Source of the DNA: Macrostomum lignano
Taxonomy: Eukaryota
Length of the DNA stretch: 64,000 bases
NCBI GenBank assembly: GCA_002269645.1
Contig: NIVC01000568.1
Span: 124,001 to 188,000, forward strand
Direction of reading: 5' to 3'
The translations under genes and the position numbers were made by a program. The notes below the pieces were generated by a model, which worked only from the letters and a program-made list of their open reading frames with translations, made no database searches and was not told the DNA's origin. This document shows positions 1 to 11,600 of this stretch, one piece after another; the first letter of the stretch is position 1; each line of letters opens with the position of its first letter.

Positions 1-305
1 AGTACTGGCTGATATAACTCCAGCATTGGAGCTGATAAAAATCCAGCATTGGAGCATAAGAAAACTCCAGCATTGGAACATAAGAAAACTCTAGCATTGA
101 AACGAGTACTGGAGCTGATATAACTTCAGCATTGGAGCCTTGCAGACTCCAATACTTAGATCTAGATTGATGGTCGATTTTAGCGTGCAGTTTAGTGCGA
201 CAATGCGACAATCTTATGCTCCAATGCTGGATTTATATCAGCCAGTATTGGAGTTTCGATTTTGGAGTTGGAGTTTCGATTGGAGTTTCCACTACTGGAG
301 TTACG
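1..305. repeat. Degenerate ~30-bp repeats (core ACTCCAGCATTGGAGC) followed by inverted copies
   Basis: CCAGCATTGGAGC recurs at ~20-140; its reverse complement GCTCCAATGCTGG is at ~217-229, followed by TTGGAG repeats to ~305. Probably truncated by the window edge. Confidence 0.6.
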
Positions 306-689
306 CCAAAATTTACTTCTTTCCGAGCCATACTTGTACCCCAAAATGATGGATTTGGCGCATAGAATTTTACTGGATAATAGGTAGAGTAATTTTGCAC
401 CAGCTATATACTTTACCACTTGTCAAAATATTGAGCAGTTGCTGAGATATCGATGCTTCAATTTCGGTGAATTTCCAGTGCTCTTTAAATCAGCGTAAAA
501 TACGTTTTTTAGTCCAGTCCACGGGGCCGCTGGACTAGTCTACATGTAGCTCAATCCACTCCACGGCTGCGTGTGGATCCACTTGCGATCAGTAAAAGTG
601 GCAAAAGTAGAGATAAATTTAAATGTTCAGCTTGCAAAGGTATTATTAACTACCTAATAGCAGCTTAGCTTGATGTCAAAAATTTATTT

Positions 690-1300
690 TTCACTCCGAC
701 AGTCAAGCAGTCCTTCTGGCCGTCTGCTGCAGCACCACCAACTCCAGATCTGTCCTGGACAGCAACGCCCGGCTCCACGGGCTTGCGCTGGGCAACCGGT
801 GGAGCTCTAATGGATCCCGGTCCACGATGTCATGGTTTCCATTCCGGCAAGGCTGGCTCCGCCAGCGGGCTTCTGGACCGGGCCCAGGGGCCCCCACCCC
901 TGCGCCTCGGTGATCAACTACCGAGTCAAGCACTGGGCTGACTCTGAGCATCTCCGCAGGTGGCAGGATCAACACTCGAAATTGCAGGAAATCTCGTGCT
1001 GCTGTCCCCCTGCGTAGAGCCTTCCTTAGGCTCAACCTCAGGGATCTTAAGAGCATTTACATGTACATGGGCCCTCTCCGGGCATGCATGGCTGCTTCTC
1101 TCGCCACCGCTTCCTTCAGGACCAGGTACTTGAGGAGCGGTGCGCGGTGCCCCAAGCTCTTCTGCCGCTCAACAGGCAGTAAAAACGCAGAATAATTTAT
1201 CTGCCACTACCCGGTCTTCACCACTCACTCACCCCGGGCCAAACCCTCCAACGCTAATTGCAGGCCCGAGAGCATATTGATGCTCACCCGGTACCTCAGC
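690..1300 (+). mobile_element. Decayed 3' fragment of an RNase H-encoding non-LTR retrotransposon (LOA/R1-like)
   Basis: Manual translation gives SDSQAVLLA...SRSVLDSNARLHGLALGNR, then (frameshift) VEL*WIPVH, matching LINE RNase H motifs SDSQA and WVPGH. A degenerate C-terminal Cys/His region follows (HGCFSRHR...FCRSTGSKNAE*FICHYPVF). Stops and frameshifts are present. Confidence 0.6.
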
Positions 1301-2084
1301 TGAGTTTTACCCACCGCCGGTGAGGAGGACCGTGCTGCAAGCGAGACCGACGACGGCCCCCCTGAGCGACATCACTTCGATGGAAGTCATTCATGGTCGC
1401 CACGCCAGAGGCTAGCGGAATGGGCGGTCTCCTCCGCCTCCTGATCGCTGCATCCGCCGGATAATGCCCTCTGCATCTAAGTCAAGCTTACTTGAGGTAG
1501 CAAATTAGCCAGACTATGTAGATAGTTTGCCATTAGCTAAGGATGTTTAACATTTTGAGCAGAATGAAAGACTTTTCAGGTCGCCGCGATCCGAAATTCA
1601 AACTCTGCGACTTGCAGTCTGGTCAATTCTTTTGAGCAAGCGAAATTTCTCAAATAAGTGTAACACAAAATAGAAAAATACTTGGACAATTTCGGTCACT
1701 TCTGCGCGAAAATGCGTGGCGCAACAGCCAAATTACCGGGTAACATCGATTGAGCAAAATGCATTTTTTTTGTTATTCGGACAAAAAAAATATTAAAGCT
1801 CCCAATAAACGCAAAGGTAATGTGCTGCTTGGATAGAATAACTTTATGCAGCTACGCAAAACCAACTGAAGTAATGCTCGCAACATAAAGCTACCCGCAG
1901 AAACTTCAGCTACACAGCAACTACAAACAGCTGGTACAGAACTGCGCATCACCAGGATGTGAGTCACACAAACACGCATCACTTCAGAAAATCGTTCAGG
2001 TCATAACTATGGTTTATTAAATAACCCTCACTTTGCCACTGTTCGTTAAGGTCGTCGCGGAACCGGATGATAGCACGCGGAGCA

Positions 2085-2660
2085 GCGATCGTCCTCCGCT
2101 TGAGCCGGCGGTCACTGCAGCAAGCGGCAGGCAGCAAACAGTCCTGCGATCGTCTCCGCTTGAGCCGGCGGTCACTGCAGCAAGCGGCAGGCAGCAAACA
2201 GTCCTGCGATCGTCTCCGCTTGAGCCGGCGGTCACTGCAGCAAGCGGCAGGCAGCAAACAGTCCTGCGATCGTCTCCGCTTGAGCCGGCGGTCACTGCAG
2301 CAAGCGGCAGGCAGCAAACAGTCCTGCGATCGTCTCCGCTTGAGCCGGCGGTCACTGCAGCAAGCGGCAGGCAGCAAACAGTCCTGCGATCGTCTCCGCT
2401 TGAGCCGGCGGTCACTGCAGCAAGCGGCAGGCAGCAAACAGTCCTGCGATCGTCTCCGCTTGAGCCGGCGGTCACTGCAGCAAGCGGCAGGCAGCAAACA
2501 GTCCTGCGATCGTCTCCGCTTGAGCCGGCGGTCACTGCAGCAAGCGGCAGGCAGCAAACAGTCCTGCGATCGTCTCCGCTTGGGCCGGCGGTCACTGCAG
2601 CAAGCGGCAGGCAGCAAACAGTCCTGCGATCGTCTCCGCTTGAGCCGGCGGTCACTGCAG
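2085..2660. repeat. 60-bp tandem repeat, ~9.6 near-identical copies
   Basis: The unit TGAGCCGGCGGTCACTGCAGCAAGCGGCAGGCAGCAAACAGTCCTGCGATCGTCTCCGCT repeats in register with the 60-nt lines 2101-2640; one substitution at 2583. Confidence 0.98.
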
Positions 2661-2934
2661 TGCAGCCGAAGCGGCAGCTTTTATCGGATCCTTGCAAAAT
2701 AGAATATCTTTTCTGGCATCCCAAATCCCAAATGGCTTTCATAAACGCACAGTTCCCCGTTGGAAAGCCGAATACAAAGTGCGGCGTCAGCGTTAGCTGA
2801 CTCGCATGTACGCACCTGAAATGATGAGAGTGAAGCGTCTGAAGTAAAAAATGATGCATTATCTTTTTAAATAATACCGAAACGAAACAATCTTCTCAGT
2901 TTCGAACATAAATAGAGACAGTACACAGGGGTAC

Positions 2935-4100
2935 AGTGGGAGATAGCCTGGAAGTGGTTGCCATGGAAGGGGTAGCCTGGGAGGAGTAGCCTGGAAGGGC
3001 TGCCTGGGAGGGGTAAAGTAAGAGGGGAGCCTGAGGGGTAAAGTAGGAGGGGAGCCTGAGGGGCTGTCTGGGAGGGATGCCTAGGAGGGGTACAATGGCA
3101 GGGGTAGCCTGGGAGGGGTAGCCTAGAGAGCGTAGCTGGGAGGGGTAGAGTAGGAGGGTTAGCCTGGGAGGGGTTAGGAAGGAGGGAAGCCAGGGGTTAG
3201 TAAGGAGAAAGGCCAGGGCCAGGGGGAGAGAAGCCAGGGTCAGGGGAGGGAAGCCAGGGGTCGGGGGAGGGAAGCCAGGGGTCGGGGGAGGGAAGCCAGG
3301 GTCAGGGGAGGGAAGCCAGGGTCAGGGGAGGTAAGCCAGGGTCAGGGGAGGTAAGCCAGCGGTTAGGAGTAAAGCCAGGGGTTAGGAAGGAGGGACGCCA
3401 GGGGTCAAGGGAGAGGGAAGCCAGGGGTCAGGAGGGAGTAGCCAGGGGTCAGGAGGGAGAAGCCAGGGTTAGGGGAGGGAAGCCAGGGGTCGGGGGAGGG
3501 AAGCCAGGGGTCAGGGGAGGGAAGCCAGGGTCAGGGGAGGGAAGCCAGGGTCAGGGGAGGGAAGCCAGGGTCAGGGGAGGTAAGCCAGCGGTTAGGAGTA
3601 AAGCCAGGGGTTAGGAAGGAGGGACGCCAGGGGTCAGGAGGGAGAAGCCAGGGGTCAGGAGGGAGAAGCCAGGGTTAGGGGAGGGAAGCCAGGGGTCAGG
3701 AGGGAGAAGCCAGGGTCAGGGGAGGGAAGCCAGGGGTCGGGAGAGAAGCCAGGAATCAGGGGGAGAGAAGCCAGAGATCAAGTGGAGAGAAGCCAGAGAT
3801 CAGGGGGGAGAGAAGCCAGAGATCAGGGAGGGAGAAGCCAGGGATCAGGGGGAGAGAAGCCAGAGATCAGGGGGAGAGAAGCCAGAGATCAGGGGGGGAG
3901 AGAAGCCAGAGACCAGGGGGAGTAAAGCCAGGGATCAGGGAGGAGAGAAGCCAGAGATCAGGGGAGAGAAGCCAGGGATTAGGAGTTAAGCCAAGGGTCA
4001 GGGGAGGGAAACTGGGGATCAGGAGTGAGAGAAACCAGGGTCAAAGGGAAGGAATTCAAGGGTCAAGGAAGAAGCCAGGGTCAAGGGACGAAAGCTAGTG
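2935..4100. repeat. Purine/G-rich degenerate minisatellite (~20-22 bp, GGGAGGGAAGCCAGGGGTCAG-like)
   Basis: AAGCCAGGG(G)TCAGGGG recurs; the + strand is strongly purine-rich. Confidence 0.9.
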
Positions 4101-5735
4101 CTAGGGGAAAGGAGAACTAAGGAGGTACAATAAGTCAAGGATCAGATATTTTTAATAAAAATATTGTAGGCTTAATTTTTTATTAGACTAGACTAATTTT
4201 TTATTAGTCTAGGTCTAATGGTAGGCCTAGATACATGTAGTAGATAGATAGAAAAACAAAAAATTTAAGCCTCTGATCTAGTTAGCTAAATCTATTAAGT
4301 CAATAAGCTAGGCCTAGTGCTTATGTTTAATAGGCTTTTACATACATATGGCTGTAGCTAAATAATAGAATTGAATTGAATTGAAGCCTTTTCAATAACT
4401 GAATAAAAGCAGCTTATAAGTTGCCTCTTATAATATTAGACCCACATTTATGTTTCAAAAGGCATTTATATAAATATTAACATGGCTAAAAATCAAATTT
4501 AAGAGACAAAGAGCTTGTCTAAGTTCTATATAGTAGGTCTCAAATCATGCAATAATACCAGGCCCAGGGTCAGGCTTATATTAACTGTATTAATAATTAA
4601 CTGACAGGCTTTAAACTATAGAACAAAATACTAAAGCAAGCACAAAATAATACACAAGAAGTTTAATAAAGGCTCCTTTCATTTATCATGTACACGGAGC
4701 CTTCACTTGTTCAGTCTAGTGCATTGGCCAGCACAGCAATGCACAGTAGGCCCAGCACAACAAATTATAGGCCTATGCCTTGGAAGCTTTTGTTGAACGT
4801 TGAACACAGGAACCCTTCTTCCTGTAAATTTTGTTTTCAAATTACATGCAAGCGAATTAGCATTAACAACATCAATTTTTCTACTGCAAATCGTTAATAA
4901 AAAAATAACACCTGTGAAAGCTTTCAATTAATTGATACACTCCCATTTGATGGGAGTTGTCGGGCTGACGCGTTAGTCAACGTAAAGTTTGAAAAGAAGT
5001 AAAAAGTTAATTATGCACGCGTTCGGTTTTTCTTGAAATTCAAAGTACAACTGAAGATTAAGATGTTGTCAATAAAATACAACAGTAGTGCCAACACATC
5101 AGTACTCATTACAACATAACACAAGTTTTGCTTTGTGCTATATTTTTTGTTATAAATTTGCTGCAACCCCAATATGCGCAATTCTTATTGGTTCACACTG
5201 GGAGCATGCTTCGGGTATAGCTAGCTACGGAGCACAGGAGCATGCTCCAGCCCCTAGCGGACTAGTCAAGTTAGAGCATGCTTCGTCCTAGCTAGCTAGG
5301 CACCCTTAACTGGAAAATCTTGCGTAAGCCAATGACCCCAACCCATGGTCCTGTAATCTGATCGAGCAGATCTTCACGGTCCACGGCAAATCGATTCCAG
5401 AACCAGAATCGGTTCGGATTTCCAAGAAAAAAAGCAGTATAACTATTTAACTTTGCTGAATGTTTGACTGCCTTAACAGCCTCACTTTGCACAATTTTTC
5501 ACTTTCTCTTTGGCTATTGCCATTCAATAATCACAATTTTAAAGCACTAATATCCCTCTAGTTTAGGTGACAAAGTTTTACTTTACAAATTGGTTCTGGT
5601 TCTAGAACCAGAACAAGCAATATGAAGAGCCTCATGATGGATAATTGTTGTGTTTATTGATTTATTGATCGATTGATTCGAATTTGATATTAAAAATTTA
5701 ACAAAAACTAAGTAAAATGAAGGGGGCCGTATAAT

Positions 5736-6008
<273 letters not shown>

Positions 6009-6344
6009 ATGGAATAGCAAAGTTTTCCTCCTTTCCTCGATTTCCACAAAAATGTCCTTCCTCAGCTGAGTGAGCAAACATTAAATATTTATACGTGCTG
6101 CTCCGCGGCAGTCATACAGTCGCAAGTGTCCATCATCTATATAAGGTTAGGGAAACTGGATAATGGGATTTTTATGTTTCATGCAAACCATTTATGCAGT
6201 TGTGTGCCACATGCAGTGCAGCTGAATGCCAACAAGAATTGCCTGGGCGTTTTGCCGCTGCACTACAATCCAGCATCCAGCGGCTTGCAGGCTTTGGAGA
6301 GCCGGAAGTCTATTGGGACTGGGCACACCGCACTCCCAGTTCCT

Positions 6345-6910
6345 CAGTTGCTGGGCCACTGCCCTCCCAGATCCTCAGCTGCTGGGTCAGCCTCCCGGAT
6401 CCTCAGTTGCTGGGCCACTGCCCTCCCAGATCCTCAGTTGCTGGGCCAGCCTCCCAGATCCTCAGTTGCTGGGCCACTGCCCTCCCAGATCCTCAGTTGC
6501 TGGGTCAGCCTCCCAGATCCTCAGTTGCTGGGCCACTGCCCTCCCAGATCCTCAGTTGCTGGGCCAGCCTCCCAGATCCTCAGTTGCTGGGCCACTGCCC
6601 TCCCAGATCCTCAGTTGCTGGGTCAGCCTCCCAGATCCTCAGTTGCTGGGCCACTGCCCTCCCAGATCCTCAGTTGCTGGGTCAGCCTCCCAGATCCTCA
6701 GTGTCTGGGCCACTGCCCTCCCAGATCCTCAGCTGCTGGGTCAGCCTCCCAGATCCTCAGTTGCTGGGCCACTGCCCTCCCAGATCCTCAGTTGCTGGGT
6801 CAGCCTCCCAGATCCTCAGTTGCTGGGCCACTGCCCTCCCAGATTCTCAGTTGCTGGGCCACTGCCCTCCCAGATCCTCAGTTGCTGGGTCACTGTTCTC
6901 CCAGTTCCTC
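6345..6910. repeat. Composite 28/31-bp minisatellite (core CCTCCCAGATCCTCAGTTGCTGGG)
   Basis: CCACTGC+core and TCAG+core units alternate; this explains the repetitive ORFs in all three + frames. Confidence 0.95.
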
Positions 6911-7869
6911 AGGCAACGTCACATAGTCTCAATTTCTTAATCAAGGACACTCATATTGCAATTGTACACAAAGCGCTTACACAGGAATAACGCAGTAAGT
7001 ACATTCATGGAGTTTTTACTTGTAAACGAAAGCGATAACAGTTGTGCTTGGCTAAATTTTATTTAATAGTTCTAATATTTAATGAGAGAAAAAAGTTGGA
7101 ATATTTTGATGGCGCAAAAGCGATTTTACTCAACTGAATTTGAAACAGACTCAGACTGTGAAAAACATTAAGTTTGTTTTCCGACAATGAGATGAACTTG
7201 ATCAATATTTCAAATGAATATACACGAGTAAAACAAGTTATGAAGTGCTCAAAAGAAAACTACAAGTTATATTGGTTGTGAATTTTCCATAGAACGAGAA
7301 ATGAAACTCGCGCACCAGACAGAAGGCATCGAACAGAGACTATAGAAAGTGACACAAAGGAGGCGAGGACTGCGACAACAGTTAGAAGGACGCTCTTGCT
7401 GAAATTTTAAAGAATCGTTAAGAACTTAAATGTGACAAACTGTGAATCGGCTTCTAATTAAAATGGCAATTTAATGTTTGAAACACTGAAAACCTGCCTG
7501 TCTCGCCGCATCATTGCAAATTTCATGCTTTTTTCAGTGGACCATGGCTGACTGACTGACTTACTGACTGACTGACACTATAGGACCATTTCCCAGTCTA
7601 TTTCAACAGAACCAATATGCAGTTTCCATGCTAGATAGTCATAATATTTTTTAGAAATGTCTGTAGTAGATGGCGTATATTTCTGACTGCTTCCAATCCA
7701 AAGAAACACAGAAAGTGATATCCATTATGGCGATAAATTTTTATGTTGTCTAAATAGAAACTTTTTTATTCTGAGCATGGAATGACTGTTGAAATAGACA
7801 GGGAAAAAGTGTACTTTTTGTTTAAGTAAAATCAGTTTTGTTCGATTTACGAGTATTCCATGAATCGTT

Positions 7870-8657
7870 TCAATGGCAGCGCGCCAGCCACATCAGACTA
7901 AAGATGCTGACGACAGCTGCGGCAGCCGCTGGCAGAGTCATCGGGCGCACTCTGGAGCCTCCTTTGCCGTACATGAAGCTGTAAGAAACTGAAATATGCA
8001 GAATTGGAGTTTCAGTGGCATGACTGAGTCTTCGGGTTGAGATTGTGCGGGTACTCAAATAAGATAAGTGTGCTAAGTGGGTTACTTAAGGGAGGTAGGG
8101 GATGCTCAAGTGAGGTAAGTAAGTACTCAAGTGAGGTACATGAGTACTCAAGTGAGGTACATGAGTACTCAAGTGAGGTACATGAGTACTCAAGTGAGGT
8201 ATATGAGTACTCAAGTGAGGTAAGCGGGTACTCAAGTGAGGTATATGAGTACTCAAGTGAGGTAAACGGCTACTCACGGGAAGTAGCGTGTACTTTAGTT
8301 TTAGAAGGCAATAAGTTTACCTCAAAAGCAAGTCAGACAGGACAGTGAGAAATTATTCTATATCTGCCAGTCTCAGCCCTCGCCACGCATTCCCTAATCT
8401 TACTCGAACCCTCCTGATAAACAGAAAAATGAGAGAAAATTGTTTTGTACAAAATTTAGAGCAAACGTAGGTTGGAGCCCGTCCCAACTATGGGGGTTGG
8501 GGGGGATTGGGGCAATAGCTGTTTTATGACTGCCCGAAGTGTACGTCCCGAGTGGGAGGAGAGGAACAGATCCCCGTGGTCTGGGCTGGCTGCCTGTTCA
8601 GGGCGAGCGGCTTCCCGTAGCCGTGTGGATCAATTTTAATGCTATAGTGCACTGGGC

Positions 8658-8688
<31 letters not shown>

Positions 8689-11600
8689 AGTTGGCAACAT
8701 AAAATTTACTCTTCTACTGTTAAATCCCGAGAGAAAAGTGCGGCGATTGAAGAGCCAATCACTTTCTTCCCTTGTGGAGGATTTGGTAGGCTCTATCCAG
8801 CTGCTCAAGTCAATATATTTACTATAATCGATACAGGCTATAAAAACTTTACAGTCAACGCAGCGCTTACTAAAGCTCCCAGCCACGAATACTCGCACCT
8901 TAGTAATTTCGATGTACTCTCGTAGCAATGTGTAGTGGTTTTCCACTCCAGATTGTTAGGCTTACAAGTCCCTGACTTACGAGTAGGGAGCCGGTCCGAT
9001 CAGGAAATGGGATTTTATTCCCAGACGGCGGCAGGTTGAGAGGTTGAGATGCCCCGGGGATCGAAAAGCTGAGTATCGAAAATTGACCCCGTCTCTGCCC
9101 CAATTCTCCCTCCGCTTGAGCAGCCGCCGCCTGAGCAGGCCACGCGAGCGGGCATAAGATATCGAAAGCAAACGAAAGCAGGGAAAACGACTGAGGCGAT
9201 GATGACTAAGTGAGAGAAAATGAAAATGAAAAGAAGAGAGAGTAATAGGGAGAGGTAGAGAGGGGGAGAGATATAGAGGGAGATGTAGAGAGAGAGGGGA
9301 GATGTAGAGAGAGAGGGGAGATGTAGAGAGAGAGGGGAGAGGTAGAGAGAAAGGGGAGATGTAGAGAGAGAGGGGAGAGGTAGAGAGAGAGGGGAGAGAT
9401 AGAGAGAGAGGGGAGAGGTAGAGAGAGTGGAGAGGTAGAGAGAGAGTGGAGAGGTAGAGAGAGAGGGGGGAGAGGTAGAGATAGGGGAGAGGTAGAGGGA
9501 GGGGAGAGGTAGAGATAGGGGAGAGGTAGAGAGAGTGGAGAGATAGAGAGAGTTGAGAGGTAGAGAGAGAGAGGCTGGATTTCTACAATGCACACTGCGT
9601 GAGGTAGGGAAAGACGCTCACGCGCAATGAAGTGTTTCCCCCCTATTACTCTATCGGATGCAGCAGCTGGGTACTAAAGATGCCGATAGAAGCATGCGGG
9701 AAGATTGCTAACGCAGCTATTACTGGGCAAAGTGCAGCTGCAAACAGGAGAAGAGGAAAAAAGAGAGAGCGGAGCCTTTGAGTGAGCACCGGCAAGGGTT
9801 TGTCTCTGTAAACAGCAGGGCATGTGCAAAGGCACGGAATTAGACAGAGGAGGCTCTCCGCTGATGTAATTACTGGCTCGCAGAGAGGCCGGTGTGGCAT
9901 TTGATCAGCCCTGACGGACATAAAGTTCCCGAAGTTCATTGAAAACCAGTGAAAAGCTACGCTGTCACCTGACCTTTTGGGATCTTGAGGACATATGTAG
10001 CCTGCATCTATGATTGCATAAAATTTGTGTTTATTCTCTTGCTGCAGGGTGAGATTTAGGGCATCCATCCCTTGATACACGGTGAGATTTGGGGGCATCC
10101 ATAATCCCTTGATACACGGTGAGATTTAGGGCATCCATCCCTTGATACACGGTGAGATTTAGGGCATCCATTTCTCCTGTCGCAGGGTGAGATTTAGGGC
10201 ATCCATTTCTCCTGTTGCAGGGTGAGATTTAGGGCATCCAATTCACCTGTCGCAGGGTGAGATTTAGGGCATCCAATTCACCTGTCGCAGGGTGAGATTT
10301 AGGGCATCCAATTCTCCTGTAACAGGGTGAGATTTAGGGCATTCATTTCTCCTGTCGCAGGGTGAGATTTAGGGCATCCATTTCTCCTGTCGCAGGGTGA
10401 GATTTAGGGCATCCAATTCTCCTGTAACAGGGTGAGATTTAGGGCATCCAATTCACCTGTCGCAGGGTGAAATTTAGGGCATCCATTTCTCCTGTCGCAG
10501 GGTGAGATTTAGGGCATTAATTTCTCCTGTCGCAGGGTGAGATTTAGGGCATTCATTTCTCCTGTCGCAGGGTGAGATTTAGGGCATTCATTTCTCCTGT
10601 CGCAGGGTGAGATTTAGGGCATCCATTTCTCCTGTCGAAGGGTGAGATTTAGGGCATCCATTTCTCCTGTCGCAGGGTGAGATTTAGGGCATCAGTTCGC
10701 TTCACCTTTCGGTTCGACCGGCGTCTTAATCAGCTGCCGCATGACGAAGTCCTTTCCCTCCTGGCACTCGGGCTTCAGGTCGGACTCGAAATGGATGAAG
10801 GAGAGGTCCAGGTACTGCCGGGCGGTGGCCAGACTCATCTGGCAGGTCGGCTCGGCCAGCGGATCGGCCGGTCGCGCCTCGCACTGCGGATTCTTCGCTT
10901 GGCCCGGCCGTGAGGCGGTGGGCCAGACGCTGACCGAGTCGCGATTCTCCCGGCAGCGGAGCGTCTTCATCACGAAATCGAGCTCGGGACCTTTGCGGAC
11001 GAAGCCGTTTTCGTTGATACGCAGCTCGCCTGAAGCAGTGGCGATTCGAGTGGCTGGGCTCGAGGCATCTGACACAGTAGCTAAACCATCTGACACAGTA
11101 GCTAAACCATCTGACACAGTAGCTAAACCATCTGACACAGTAGTTAAACCATCTGACACAGTAGCTAAACCATCTGACACAGTAGCTTAACCATCTGACA
11201 CAGTAGCTAAACCATCTGACACAGTAGCTAAACCATCTGACACAGTAGCTAAACCATCTGACACAGTAGCTAAACCATCTGACACAGTAGCTAAACCATC
11301 TGACACAGTAGCTAAACCATCTGACACAGTAGCTAAACCATCTGACACAGTAGCTAAACCATCTGACACAGTAGCTAAACCATCTGACACAGTAGCTAAA
11401 CCATCTGACACAGTAGCTAAAACCATCTGACACAGTAGCTAAACCATCTGACACATCAGCTAAAACCATCTGACACAGTAGCTAAACCATCTGACACAGT
11501 AGCTAAGCCATGTGACACAGTAGCTAAACCATCTGACACAGTAGCTAAACCATCTGACACAGTAGCTAAACCATCTGACACAGTAGCTAAACCATCTGAC

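Noticed and set aside
8900-9060. Possible tRNA-derived SINE or tRNA-like sequence
   Set aside because: Only weak A/B-box resemblance; no cloverleaf could be folded.
9646-10098. 150-aa minus-strand ORF with a hydrophobic end as a full exon of the NtA-like gene
   Set aside because: The nearest acceptor (CTGCAG at ~10044) is out of phase with exon 2; only a 34-nt internal piece fits cleanly. Kept as an unproven alternative.
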